Below, in pieces: positions 1-8,494 of a DNA stretch of 64,000 bases. The position numbers were made by a program, and so were the translations under genes. Positions within the stretch are counted from its first letter, which is position 1; every line of letters starts with the position of its first letter. The stretch is from Acidimicrobiales bacterium. Lineage in GTDB: Bacteria > Actinomycetota > Acidimicrobiia > Acidimicrobiales > JAVJTC01. The stretch is taken from assembly GCA_040219085.1 (NCBI GenBank), contig JAVJTC010000038.1:16199-80198 (forward strand), in the 5' to 3' direction. A model generated the notes under the pieces. It made no database searches and had not been told where the DNA came from. It saw only the letters and a list, made by a program, of their open reading frames with translations.

Positions 1-692
1 CGCTCGATCTCGTCGGTCTCGGTGGTTTCGACGACCGCATGCCCTCGACGTTGTCGGGTGGCCAGCAACAGCGCGTCGCGCTGGCGCGTGCTCTGGCTCC
101 GCGTCCGACGGCGCTCCTGCTCGACGAGCCGTTCTCCAACCTCGACACGACCTTGCGGGTGCAGGTCCGCACCGAGGTGCACCGGCTGCTGGCCGGTCTC
201 GACATCACCACTGTCTTCGTCACCCACGACCAGGAGGAGGCGTTCGTCCTGGGTGACCGGGTGGCGGTCATGACCGCGGGGCGCATCGTCCAGGAGGCGA
301 CGCCCGCCGAGATCTACGAGGAACCGGTGTCGCAGTGGGTGTCGGGCTTCGTCGGAGAGGCCAATCTCTTCGATGGGCACGGCGATGGTGAGGCCGCGCG
401 GACGCGTCTGGGCCGGGTGACGCTGCGGCGTCCCGTGGAGGGTGTCTGCGACGTGCTGTTCCGGCCCGAACAGCTCGCGGTGGCCCTGCGGTCGGGTGCA
501 GAGGAGCCGGGCTCGATCGCCGTCGTCGAGGCAGTCGAGTTCTACGGCCACGACCACATCGCCATCGTCCGCTTCGACGACGGTCAGGAGGCGCGGATCC
601 GTTCGACCGGGCCGCCCCGGGTCTCACGGGGTGATCAGGTCGCGGTGACGCCGTCGGCCGCGCCGACCGTCGCCTTCACCCGCGGGGGCTGA
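1..692 (+). CDS. ABC transporter ATP-binding protein, 5'-truncated by the window edge (Fe3+/polyamine importer type with a TOBE-like C-terminus)
   Basis: Frame 3 is open from the window start. Has the signature [15 protein letters not shown], Walker [12 protein letters not shown] and H-loop VTHDQ. Stop at 690-692. Confidence 0.9.
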   Translation, partial: LDLVGLGGFDDRMPSTLSGGQQQRVALARALAPRPTALLLDEPFSNLDTTLRVQVRTEVHRLLAGLDITTVFVTHDQEEAFVLGDRVAVMTAGRIVQEATPAEIYEEPVSQWVSGFVGEANLFDGHGDGEAARTRLGRVTLRRPVEGVCDVLFRPEQLAVALRSGAEEPGSIAVVEAVEFYGHDHIAIVRFDDGQEARIRSTGPPRVSRGDQVAVTPSAAPTVAFTRGG

Positions 693-2398
693 GCCGGCCC
701 GGCTCCCTCGCCCTCGGCGGCCGATGCAGCTGACGGGCTGGTCCGGGAGCGCGTCGCCCCGCCGGCCTCGCGGCCCTCCCTGGCCACGATGAACGCCATC
801 GGCAGCGCCGACAGCGCCACGAGTGCGAGCGCCGGTGCCGCGGCCCGGGCGAAGAAGGCCTCCACGGTCGCGTTGTAGACCTGGGTGGACAACGTGTCGT
901 AGCCCGTCGGCGCGAGGAGCAGTGTCGCCGGGAGTTCCTTCATGGCGGTGAGGAAGACGAGTGCGCCGCCGGCGCTGACGCCGGGCCGGGTGAGCGGCAG
1001 CACGATGCGGCGGAAGGTCATGAACGGGCTCGCCCCCAGAAGGCGTGACGCCTCCTCCACCGAGGGGGTCACCTGCAGCATCGAGGAGCGGATCGCGCCG
1101 ATCGCCTGGGGCAGGAACAACACGACGTAGGCGAATGTCAGCAACGCCATCGTCTGGTAGAAGGGCGTCGCCACCCTGGCACCGAAGAACACGAGCGACA
1201 GGGCGACGACGACGCCGGGAAGGGCGTAGCCGGACCATGACATCCCTTCGACGAGCCGCGACAGGCGCCCCGGGTGTCGCACCGACAGGGCGGCCACCGG
1301 CCACGCGGCGATCACGGCGAACAGCGCACCGAGCAGTGACGCCCAGAGGCTGTTGACCACCAGGTCGGTGGTCAGCCTCAGTGGTTCCCCGGCGTCGATG
1401 CCGCGTTGGAGCCAGTAGACGATCACCGCGAGCGGTATCACGAGCGCGATGAGGACGAGGAAGCTGCACGCGGCGAACGCGGGCCAGCGCCACCGGCCGA
1501 GCGACACGACGTTCGCGGTGCGGCTACCCCCGGCGTGGAGCCGGTGGATCTGTTCGCGGCCGCGGGTGCGCTGCACCACCGCCAGTACCGCGAGGGTCAA
1601 CACGACGAGCATCAGGCCGTACACGGCGGCGGTGGAGCGGTCCAGCGAGGCCCGGTACTGCACGAAGATCACTCTCGTGAACGAGTCGAAGCGCAACAGC
1701 GAGACGGCGCCGAAGTCGCTCAGGGTGTACAGCGCGACGAGCAGGCCGCCGGCGGTGATCGACGGCCGCAGTTGTGGCAGCACGACCCGGATGAAGGTCT
1801 CGAGTCGGCCGCGCCCGAGCATCCGGCTCGCCTCCTCCAGGCTCGGGTCGATCCGGCGCATCGCCGCGCGTGTGGTCAGTAGCACGTACGGGTAGCTGAA
1901 GAGCGTGAGCACGAGGCAGGCGCCCCAGAAGCCGTAGATCGATGGGATCTCGTCGACGCCGAGCGGCTCCAACCAGCCCTGCGCGAAGCCGCGGGGTCCG
2001 ATCGCCGCGATGAAGGCGTAGCCGCCGACGTAGGTCGGGATTGTCAGTGGGAGCGCCGTGAGGACGACCCACGTCCTGCGTCCGGGCAGGTCGGTGCGCA
2101 CGGTCAGCCATGCGAGGGGGACCGCGAGCAGGATGGAGAACCCGGTCACGGCCACGGCGAGAAGCGTCGTGTCGACCAGCAGGTTCAGGGCCCGCTCGGA
2201 GGTGGCGATCTCGAGTGAACGGCCGAGTCCGATCTCTGAGGAGCGGATGACGAGGTACGTGAGGGGGAGGGCCGCGGCCGCCCCGACGACGAGCGCGAGC
2301 AGTGACAGCACGGGCGCGCCGCGGCGACGAGCGTTGACGGCGGCCCGCAGGCCGGGGCCGTCTCGTCCCGTCGGGACCGGTGTGGTGGTCGCGGCCAA
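635..2398 (-). CDS. ABC transporter permease, two fused permease halves (iron(III)/FbpB-like)
   Basis: 587-aa hydrophobic ORF with two tandem permease modules. Starts 7 nt after the stop of the binding-protein gene. Confidence 0.85.
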   Translation of the reverse strand: MAATTTPVPTGRDGPGLRAAVNARRRGAPVLSLLALVVGAAAALPLTYLVIRSSEIGLGRSLEIATSERALNLLVDTTLLAVAVTGFSILLAVPLAWLTVRTDLPGRRTWVVLTALPLTIPTYVGGYAFIAAIGPRGFAQGWLEPLGVDEIPSIYGFWGACLVLTLFSYPYVLLTTRAAMRRIDPSLEEASRMLGRGRLETFIRVVLPQLRPSITAGGLLVALYTLSDFGAVSLLRFDSFTRVIFVQYRASLDRSTAAVYGLMLVVLTLAVLAVVQRTRGREQIHRLHAGGSRTANVVSLGRWRWPAFAACSFLVLIALVIPLAVIVYWLQRGIDAGEPLRLTTDLVVNSLWASLLGALFAVIAAWPVAALSVRHPGRLSRLVEGMSWSGYALPGVVVALSLVFFGARVATPFYQTMALLTFAYVVLFLPQAIGAIRSSMLQVTPSVEEASRLLGASPFMTFRRIVLPLTRPGVSAGGALVFLTAMKELPATLLLAPTGYDTLSTQVYNATVEAFFARAAAPALALVALSALPMAFIVAREGREAGGATRSRTSPSAASAAEGEGAGPAQPPRVKATVGAADGVTAT

Positions 2399-2405
2399 CG
2401 GCTGG

Positions 2406-3512
2406 CTACAGGATCCCGAGGTCGAAGAGGAGCTCGAGCGTGCCGGCGAGGTCCTCGAGTTGTGCGAGGTCGATGTCGGGCACCGTGAGCGAGTTCACAT
2501 CGGGAAGTTCCTCGGCCGGTTCGACGCCTGCGGCGAGCGGGATCTCGAACGTCTCGGTGGCGAAGTAGGTCTGGGCCTCTTCGCCGAGAAGGAACGAGAT
2601 GAGCGTCTCGGCGAGTTCGGGTTCGTCAGAGGAGTCGACGATGCCTGCGCCGGCCACGTTGATGAGGGCTCCCGGGTCCCCGTCGGAGTAGAACTTGTTG
2701 GCGGCGGGGTAGTCGGGGTCCTCGGCGAGGAAGCGGTAGAGGTAGTAGTGGTTGACGAACCCGACGTCCACCTCGCCGGCTGCCACGGCTTCGACGACGG
2801 TGGTGTTGTTGGGGTACTCGGTGGCGCCGTTGTCACGGATCCCTTCCAGCCAGTCCCGGGCGCCGTCCTCGCCCTCGAGGACCCGCAGTGCCGTGACGAA
2901 GGCCTGGAACGAGCCGTTGGTGGGCGCCCAGCCGATCCGGCCGTCCCACTCGGGGTCGGTGAAGTCGAGGATCGAGTCGGGGAGATCGGACTCGTCGAGG
3001 AGGTCCGTGTTGTACACGACGACCCGGGCGCGTCCGGAGATGCCGACCCACTGTCCGTCGACCGACCGCAGCGCGACCGGTACCTCGTCGAGGATCTCGT
3101 CGGGAAGAGTCGTGAGGCGACCTTCGGCGGCGAGCGCTCCGAGCGCCCCGGCATCCTGGCCGAAGTAGACGTCTGCAGGGGAGTTGCCGCCCTCTTCGAG
3201 GATGGTGGCGGCCATCTCGGCGGTGTCGCCGTACCGGACGGCGACCTCGATGCCGGTCTCCTCCGTGAAGCGCTCGAGGATGGGGCCGACGAGTTCCTCG
3301 CTGCGTCCGGAGTACACGACGACGGTGCCTTCGGCCACGTCGGAGACGTCGTCGCCTCCGTTGCCGGTGGCCGTGCCGGTGGGTGAGGGATTCGCGACCG
3401 CCGTGCCGGTGGGCGTCGGGGTCGATGAGGCGCCGTCGTCGTCGTCACCGCAGGCCGCGGCGACGAGCGCGAGGAGCATCAGTGCTGACAGGACTTTGAT
3501 GAGGCGGGACAT
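2406..3512 (-). CDS. Periplasmic/lipoprotein substrate-binding protein of an iron(III)-type ABC importer
   Basis: Signal peptide plus lipobox LVAAAC followed by an acidic linker GDDDDG. The mature part resembles the FbpA/AfuA family. First gene of the SBP-permease pair. Confidence 0.8.
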   Translation of the reverse strand: MSRLIKVLSALMLLALVAAACGDDDDGASSTPTPTGTAVANPSPTGTATGNGGDDVSDVAEGTVVVYSGRSEELVGPILERFTEETGIEVAVRYGDTAEMAATILEEGGNSPADVYFGQDAGALGALAAEGRLTTLPDEILDEVPVALRSVDGQWVGISGRARVVVYNTDLLDESDLPDSILDFTDPEWDGRIGWAPTNGSFQAFVTALRVLEGEDGARDWLEGIRDNGATEYPNNTTVVEAVAAGEVDVGFVNHYYLYRFLAEDPDYPAANKFYSDGDPGALINVAGAGIVDSSDEPELAETLISFLLGEEAQTYFATETFEIPLAAGVEPAEELPDVNSLTVPDIDLAQLEDLAGTLELLFDLGIL

Positions 3513-3549
3513 TCAGGGCTTCCTTGACTCGGGTGACCTTCCGAACGGT

Positions 3550-3565
3550 GTTAGGTATACCTAAC
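3550..3565. promoter_or_regulatory. Perfect 16-bp palindrome GTTAGGTATACCTAAC, candidate metalloregulator operator
   Basis: AT-rich perfect palindrome 38 nt upstream of the iron SBP start (3512, -) and about 100 nt upstream of the divergent secreted-protein gene. The TTAGGT/ACCTAA arms recall DtxR/IdeR half sites. Confidence 0.5.
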
Positions 3566-3667
3566 TCTCCGCCGGGAGTGCAACATCGCAGTGATTCATT
3601 CCGAGTTCATTCGGAGTTTCCCTTCGGGTCCTAAGGTGCGGGTGTCCACGTCTCAGGAGGCCCCCTT

Positions 3668-5083
3668 GTGAAGAAGTGCGTGCTCGTCCTCGCGTCGCTG
3701 GCGATGTTCGCCAGCGTCCTTTTCGCCGCCACCGTGGCGCCCGCCGGCGCCCAGGGCATCTACGTCGTGACGAGTTCCGACGGCAGCGGCTCGGGCCCCG
3801 GCACGATCCGTGACGCCCTCGAAAGTGGTCAGACGACCATCGTCATCGACGACGCCGTAGGCACGATCTTCATCGACGCTCCCCTCGTCTACGACGGCAC
3901 GGAGGCGCTACGCGTCTACGGGAACGGCGTGACGATCGACGGCGATGGCCTCGAAGACACGTTGCTGGAGATCAGCGAAGGCGTCGACCTCGCTCTGTTC
4001 GGCATCACCTTCGACGACGGAGGCGGCTATTCGCTCGGCGCCGAGGTCGGGACGGCCGGTGTGCACGTGATCGTCCCGTCCGGCGTAACCGGCACCGTCG
4101 ACGTCACCCTGAACGGCGTGACTGTGCGCGGCGTCGGCGGCCACGGCATCTGGATCGACGACAACGACGGCTCCTCGGCGTCGGTCCACGTCTCCGCAAC
4201 AGGCGTGCTGGTCGAGGACGTGGGATTCGGTGAGTTCGATCGTGACGGCATCCGCGTCGACGAGACCGGTGACGGCGACATCACCTTCACCTCACGCTGG
4301 TCGAACTTCATCGGGGTCGGTGCCGATGGTGTGGAGCTCGACGAGCGGGGTGCCGGTTCGGTCTTCTTCGATGTTCTCGCCTCCAACTTCAACGACAACG
4401 GCGACTACTGCATCGGCGTCGATCCCGAGAACCCGAGCGGGTCCGAGGAAGCCGAGTGCGTCGAGGATGACGAGCTGGACCTCGACGACGGCTTCGACAT
4501 CGACGAGGCCGACGGCGGCGCCATCAGCGGCACGGTGAGATACTCCTCGGCTGACGACAACTACGACGAGGGCTTCGACTTCGACGAGGCCGGCAGCGAG
4601 GGCATCGACGTGTCCTTCACCGGCGTGACCGCGAACGGCAACATCGACGAGGGCATCAAGGCGAGCGAGGAGGACGGCGGTTCGCTGGTCGCCTCACTCA
4701 GGAACACCCAGGTGCTCAACGGTCAGGACAACGACGGGGTGGAGTTCGAGGAACTCGGCGACGGGGACCTCGACGTCGAGGCCCGGCGGCTCGTGTCGAC
4801 AGGTCACGACAGCTCCGGTCTGAAGCTGGTCGAGGAGGACCAGGGGACCCTGACCGCCGATGTCCGCTTCTCGACGCTCGCCGGCAACGGTGAGGACGGG
4901 CTCGAACTCGAAGAGGTAGACGACGGTGACCTCACCGCGAACGTCCGCTGGTCCAACCTCGCCGGCAACAGTGACTACGGAATCCAGGCGGAGGCCGGTG
5001 GTGCGTCCGGGACGGTGACGACCACTTTCGTCACCCTGGCCGGTAACGGCGCCGGCGCGACGGACTTCACCAACATCAGCTAG
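3668..5083 (+). CDS. Secreted, highly acidic Asp/Gly-rich repeat protein (beta-helix-like repeats), function unknown
   Basis: GTG start preceded by CAGGAGG. Signal peptide MKKCVLVLASLAMFASVLFAATVAPAGAQG. Has recurring units such as DGIRVDETGDGDITF, DGVELDERGAGSVFF, DGVEFEELGDGDLDV and DGLELEEVDDGDLTA. Confidence 0.75.
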   Translation: MKKCVLVLASLAMFASVLFAATVAPAGAQGIYVVTSSDGSGSGPGTIRDALESGQTTIVIDDAVGTIFIDAPLVYDGTEALRVYGNGVTIDGDGLEDTLLEISEGVDLALFGITFDDGGGYSLGAEVGTAGVHVIVPSGVTGTVDVTLNGVTVRGVGGHGIWIDDNDGSSASVHVSATGVLVEDVGFGEFDRDGIRVDETGDGDITFTSRWSNFIGVGADGVELDERGAGSVFFDVLASNFNDNGDYCIGVDPENPSGSEEAECVEDDELDLDDGFDIDEADGGAISGTVRYSSADDNYDEGFDFDEAGSEGIDVSFTGVTANGNIDEGIKASEEDGGSLVASLRNTQVLNGQDNDGVEFEELGDGDLDVEARRLVSTGHDSSGLKLVEEDQGTLTADVRFSTLAGNGEDGLELEEVDDGDLTANVRWSNLAGNSDYGIQAEAGGASGTVTTTFVTLAGNGAGATDFTNIS

Positions 5084-5122
5084 CCGCCGCGACGCCGAGG
5101 CGTCCATTCATCCATGAACGCG

Positions 5123-5155
5123 CAAGTGCCCGGCGCCACAGGCGCCGGGCACTTG
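5123..5155. terminator. Bidirectional intrinsic-terminator-like hairpin between convergent genes
   Basis: Perfect 15-bp stem CAAGTGCCCGGCGCC / GGCGCCGGGCACTTG with loop ACA. Lies between stops at 5083 (+) and 5185 (-). Confidence 0.7.
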
Positions 5156-5184
5156 TCGATTCTGAGGAATCTGCTGCGGCCGGG

Positions 5185-5955
5185 TCAGCCGAGGGTTCGT
5201 GCGAAGAACGCCATCACGTCGTCCCACAACTCGTGTGCAGGGGCCTCCCGCCAGTGGCCTTCGCGGTAGTCCGCGAGGAATGCGTGGCCGGCATCCGCGT
5301 AGATCTTCGTCTGGACGGTGTGGTTCGCCTCTGCGATGCGCCGGGTGACCTCGGCGAGGACTGCGGGTGAGGGGTTCTGATCCTCGGCCCCGCCGACGAG
5401 GAAGACGGGTGCGGTGATGTCGGCGACCAGGTCGATCACCTTGTCCGGCCGGTTCTCGGTCGTCTCGTCGTCGGGTCCCGCGCGATCGATGAACCCGCCC
5501 CAGCACGGGACGTAGGCGTCGGCGGCACCCGACGACGTCGCATGGAGCAGGGTCTGGCGACCGCCCGAGCAGAAGCCGATCATCGCGACCCGGCCGTTCG
5601 ATGTGTCGCCGGCCCTCACGGTGGTGCAACACGCGTCGAGGTCCGCCATCGCACGCGAGTCGGGCAGCGAGAGCATCGTGGCGAAGACCGACGCCATGTC
5701 GGCCATGTCCGGCGGGCCGACGCGCGAGTAGAGGTCGGGCGCGAGGGCGATGTAGCCGGCCTGCGCGAATCGGCGGGCGAGGTCCCGTTCGTGTTCCACC
5801 AGCCCGAAGGCTTCGTGCACGATGACGACACCGGGATGGGGCCCGGGGCCGTCGGGGCGCGCCATGTAGCCGCCGAGTCGGCCGTCGTCGGTGTCGACGG
5901 TCGTCGCACCTCCGTCGATCGAGTCGGGGTCGGTCACCGCTCCTGGAATGTTCAC
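5185..5955 (-). CDS. Dienelactone hydrolase family protein
   Basis: Only the C-terminal 256 codons of ORF 5185..6633 look protein-like: GVVIVHEAFGLVEHERDLARRFAQAGYIALAPDLY, nucleophile elbow GFCSGG, and C-terminal YADAGHAF. GTG at 5955 follows GAGGAG with a 5-nt spacer. Confidence 0.8.
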   Translation of the reverse strand: MNIPGAVTDPDSIDGGATTVDTDDGRLGGYMARPDGPGPHPGVVIVHEAFGLVEHERDLARRFAQAGYIALAPDLYSRVGPPDMADMASVFATMLSLPDSRAMADLDACCTTVRAGDTSNGRVAMIGFCSGGRQTLLHATSSGAADAYVPCWGGFIDRAGPDDETTENRPDKVIDLVADITAPVFLVGGAEDQNPSPAVLAEVTRRIAEANHTVQTKIYADAGHAFLADYREGHWREAPAHELWDDVMAFFARTLG

Positions 5956-5967
5956 CGTGGCTCCTCG

Positions 5968-6495
5968 ATGTCGCTCGACGCGGACCCTAGTGCCGCTAGC
6001 GTCCTCGGGGGAGTGGCCGATGAGGAGGTCCCGGTGACACAGCTCGACGGATCCGATGCCGAGAAGATCGCCGACGGCGTGATCGCCGCGATGGTCGAGG
6101 TCAGTGCCGTGCACGGCCCCGCGGTGGGCGAGGTCTGGGAATCCGAGTCCGCTCAGGACGTGCTGGAGACGTTCCAGCTCGCCGCCGAGAAGGGCAGCGC
6201 CCTGCGGACGGTCTTCGATCTGGCAATGGATCGCTGGCCCGGTGTCTTGTCGGTCCTTACGGGAGGGGGCGACCAGCTCGACCCGGCGCACGCCCGAGGC
6301 CACGTCGTGGCAGCGGTCGAGACGGCCCGCGAAATTCTGAGCCCGGAGGACCTCGAGACGTTCCGCCTCGCCGTCTTCAACGTCGGTGCCGCGACGGCCG
6401 CCGCAGTCGCCCGGCCGCGTCTGGGAGGCAGCCGGGACCGGGTGTCGGATGAGGAGCGCGCCGTCATCGACGAGATCGACGGATTGTTCGACTGA
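5968..6495 (+). CDS. Hypothetical acidic helical protein
   Basis: In-frame ATG at 5968 within ORF 5542..6495. The upstream part of that ORF overlaps the DLH gene on the opposite strand. I recognise no family. An alternative GTG start lies at 6013. Confidence 0.5.
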   Translation: MSLDADPSAASVLGGVADEEVPVTQLDGSDAEKIADGVIAAMVEVSAVHGPAVGEVWESESAQDVLETFQLAAEKGSALRTVFDLAMDRWPGVLSVLTGGGDQLDPAHARGHVVAAVETAREILSPEDLETFRLAVFNVGAATAAAVARPRLGGSRDRVSDEERAVIDEIDGLFD

Positions 6496-7739
6496 ACGCT
6501 CCGGCACGTCCGCCGATCGAGGGCGGTCGGCTCGAGTCGCTGCGGACTCCTGCGTACCGGCGCCTGTGGATCGGCGGTTCGTTCGCCTTCCTGTCGCTGC
6601 AGATGCAACTGGTCGCACGGGCCTGGCTGGCATTCGACCTGGTGGGGACCTCGACGGCGCTCGGTGGGGTGTTCATCGGGTTCGGGGTCTCGTCGCTGCT
6701 GGCCACGCCTTTCGGCGGCGCAGCCGCGGACAGGGTGCGCAAGCGCACGATCATCGCCATCACCCAGAGCGTCCAGGCTCTCACCGCCGCGGCGATAGGT
6801 GTCGCCGAGGTCACCGGCGTCCTCGACTACTGGATGCTCATCGTGGGTGGCGTGATCCAGGGCGTCGTACTCGCCTATCTCGGGCCCGCCCGTTTGGCCT
6901 TCACAGCCGAGCTCGTCGAGCCGGAGAAGCTCCCCAACGCCGTGTTCCTCGGTCAGATCAGCCTCAACTCGACCCGCATGGTGGGCCCTGCCGTGGCTGG
7001 CGTCCTCATCGGCGTGAATGCGGTCGGCGCTGGTGGCGTCTATCTCATCGCGTCGGCCTTCATGGTGTTCGGGGTCCTCGCGGCGTTCGGTCTTCCCGCC
7101 GGTGACCCCCGGCCGAATCGCGTGCAGCGGACGGCGCTCGGTGACGTGGCCGACGGGATCGCGTACGTGCGGCGCCGGCCTGCGGTGGGCGCGCTCGTCG
7201 TCGTGTCCTTCGTGGTCGTGATGGTGACGTTCCCCTACATCGTCTTCCTGCCGGTCATCGCGGAGGATCTGTTCGACGTCGGTGCCACCGGCTACGGCGT
7301 CCTGACCGCGGCGAGCGCTGTGGGCGCTCTCGCCGCGTCGTTCTCGCTGGCCAACGTCGCGCGTTCGCTGCTGTGGTCACGTCAGGCTGTCGCGGGGATC
7401 GCGCTGGCCGTCTCACTCGTGGGCCTCGCGCTCGCGCCGACCTACCCGGTAGCCCTGGCGGTGATCGTCGTGGTGGGTGCCGCGACGGCCGCGTTCCAGG
7501 CGCTGAACAGCTCCCTCGTGCTGACCATCGCCGATCTCGAGTACCACGGGCGGATGCAGTCGCTGCTGATGCTCAGCTTCAGCGGCTTCGGCCTCATCGC
7601 GCTGCCGATGGGGATCCTCGCGGATGCCGTCGGTATCCGTGAGACGATCGCGGGGATGGGAATCGTGGCGTTCGTCGCGATGGCCGCCTACACGGCGGTG
7701 ATACCGAAACTGCGGCGACCGGCGCTGAACGCGCCGTGA
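6492..7739 (+). CDS. MFS transporter (EntS/MFS_3-like); start codon unresolved
   Basis: Multi-TM ORF. The conserved N-terminal stretch LRTPAYRRLWIGGSFAFLSLQ lies upstream of the first ATG (6603), in an in-frame region that opens after the TGA at 6450 and contains no ATG, GTG or TTG. CTG at 6492 overlaps the upstream stop (CTGA). ATT at 6483 is an alternative. Confidence 0.7.
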   Translation: MNAPARPPIEGGRLESLRTPAYRRLWIGGSFAFLSLQMQLVARAWLAFDLVGTSTALGGVFIGFGVSSLLATPFGGAAADRVRKRTIIAITQSVQALTAAAIGVAEVTGVLDYWMLIVGGVIQGVVLAYLGPARLAFTAELVEPEKLPNAVFLGQISLNSTRMVGPAVAGVLIGVNAVGAGGVYLIASAFMVFGVLAAFGLPAGDPRPNRVQRTALGDVADGIAYVRRRPAVGALVVVSFVVVMVTFPYIVFLPVIAEDLFDVGATGYGVLTAASAVGALAASFSLANVARSLLWSRQAVAGIALAVSLVGLALAPTYPVALAVIVVVGAATAAFQALNSSLVLTIADLEYHGRMQSLLMLSFSGFGLIALPMGILADAVGIRETIAGMGIVAFVAMAAYTAVIPKLRRPALNAP

Positions 7740-7759
7740 CCGATGATGGAGGACAGCGC

Positions 7760-8152
7760 GTGAACCGTGATCCCGAGGACCTGGTCCGCACCTTCTGGGG
7801 GAGGGTGTGGTTGCGCGGCGAGGTGGATCTGGTCGACGAGCTCCTCGCCGACCCCTACATCCGCCACTGGGTCGAGGGCTCCCAGTCGCTGCCTCGCGCC
7901 CAGTACCGCGACCGCATCGCCGACGCGCTCGACCGGTCCAAGCCGGTCAGCGTCAACATCGACGCGCTCGACGTGGCCGGCGATCACGTCTGGACGCGCA
8001 TCTCCAGCACTCGGGTCGCGGTCGCGACGCACCAGACGATGGCGGTCACCTGGATGCAACAGCACCGCATCGCCGACGGGCTGATCGCCGAGACGTGGAC
8101 CCTCTATGAGACGGGCCTGCAGTGGGCGTCGTCGCAGTGGGGTGACCTCTAG
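7760..8152 (+). CDS. SnoaL-like / NTF2-fold (ester cyclase-like) protein
   Basis: N-terminus DLVRTFWGRVWLRGEVDLVDELLADPYIRH is typical of the SnoaL-like family. GTG at 7760 follows GGAGGA with a 6-nt spacer. Confidence 0.65.
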   Translation: MNRDPEDLVRTFWGRVWLRGEVDLVDELLADPYIRHWVEGSQSLPRAQYRDRIADALDRSKPVSVNIDALDVAGDHVWTRISSTRVAVATHQTMAVTWMQQHRIADGLIAETWTLYETGLQWASSQWGDL

Positions 8153-8174
8153 TCAGGGGACCTTGGCCCCTGAC
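8152..8174 (+). terminator. Hairpin overlapping the stop of the SnoaL-like gene
   Basis: 8-bp stem GTCAGGGG / CCCCTGAC with a 7-nt loop ACCTTGG. No U-tract. Confidence 0.4.
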
Positions 8175-8206
8175 CGCCCCCGGCGCGGTAGGGCCACCAT
8201 GGGCCC

Positions 8207-8458
8207 ATGGAACAACTCGAGCCGACGAAATGGATCCTCACACTCGAGTTCACCGAGGACACCGAGCACTGTGAGGTCAAGGCCCACCTGGACGCGGGCG
8301 ACCGTTCGATGGGTGGCTACGGTCGTTCGCGCCGCAACCCCGCCGATCCGACGGTTCCCCAGATCGGGGAGGAGCTCGCCGCGGCGCGCGCCCTGCACGA
8401 CCTGGCGAACCACCTCGCAGAGGACGCCTGGCGCGAGATCGAACAGCACGGGTCCTGA
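8207..8458 (+). CDS. DUF1876-like small protein
   Basis: 83 aa. The pattern W.L.LEF.E......A.L......GYGRSRRNPADP.VPQIGEELAAARAL.DLA matches my recollection of actinobacterial DUF1876 proteins. Confidence 0.6.
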   Translation: MEQLEPTKWILTLEFTEDTEHCEVKAHLDAGDRSMGGYGRSRRNPADPTVPQIGEELAAARALHDLANHLAEDAWREIEQHGS

Positions 8459-8494
8459 GCCAGCCTCGGCCGACGCGTCCGGGCGGGTGTTGAA

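Noticed and set aside
3550-3565. Annotating the palindrome as a bona fide IdeR/DtxR iron box
   Set aside because: Only the outer arms match. The spacing differs from the 19-bp consensus I remember (about 12 of 19 by hand), so it is kept as a generic candidate operator.
8207-8458. The DUF1876-like small protein as part of a toxin-antitoxin or other two-gene system
   Set aside because: There is no partner small ORF with coupling or suitable features on either side. It appears monocistronic.
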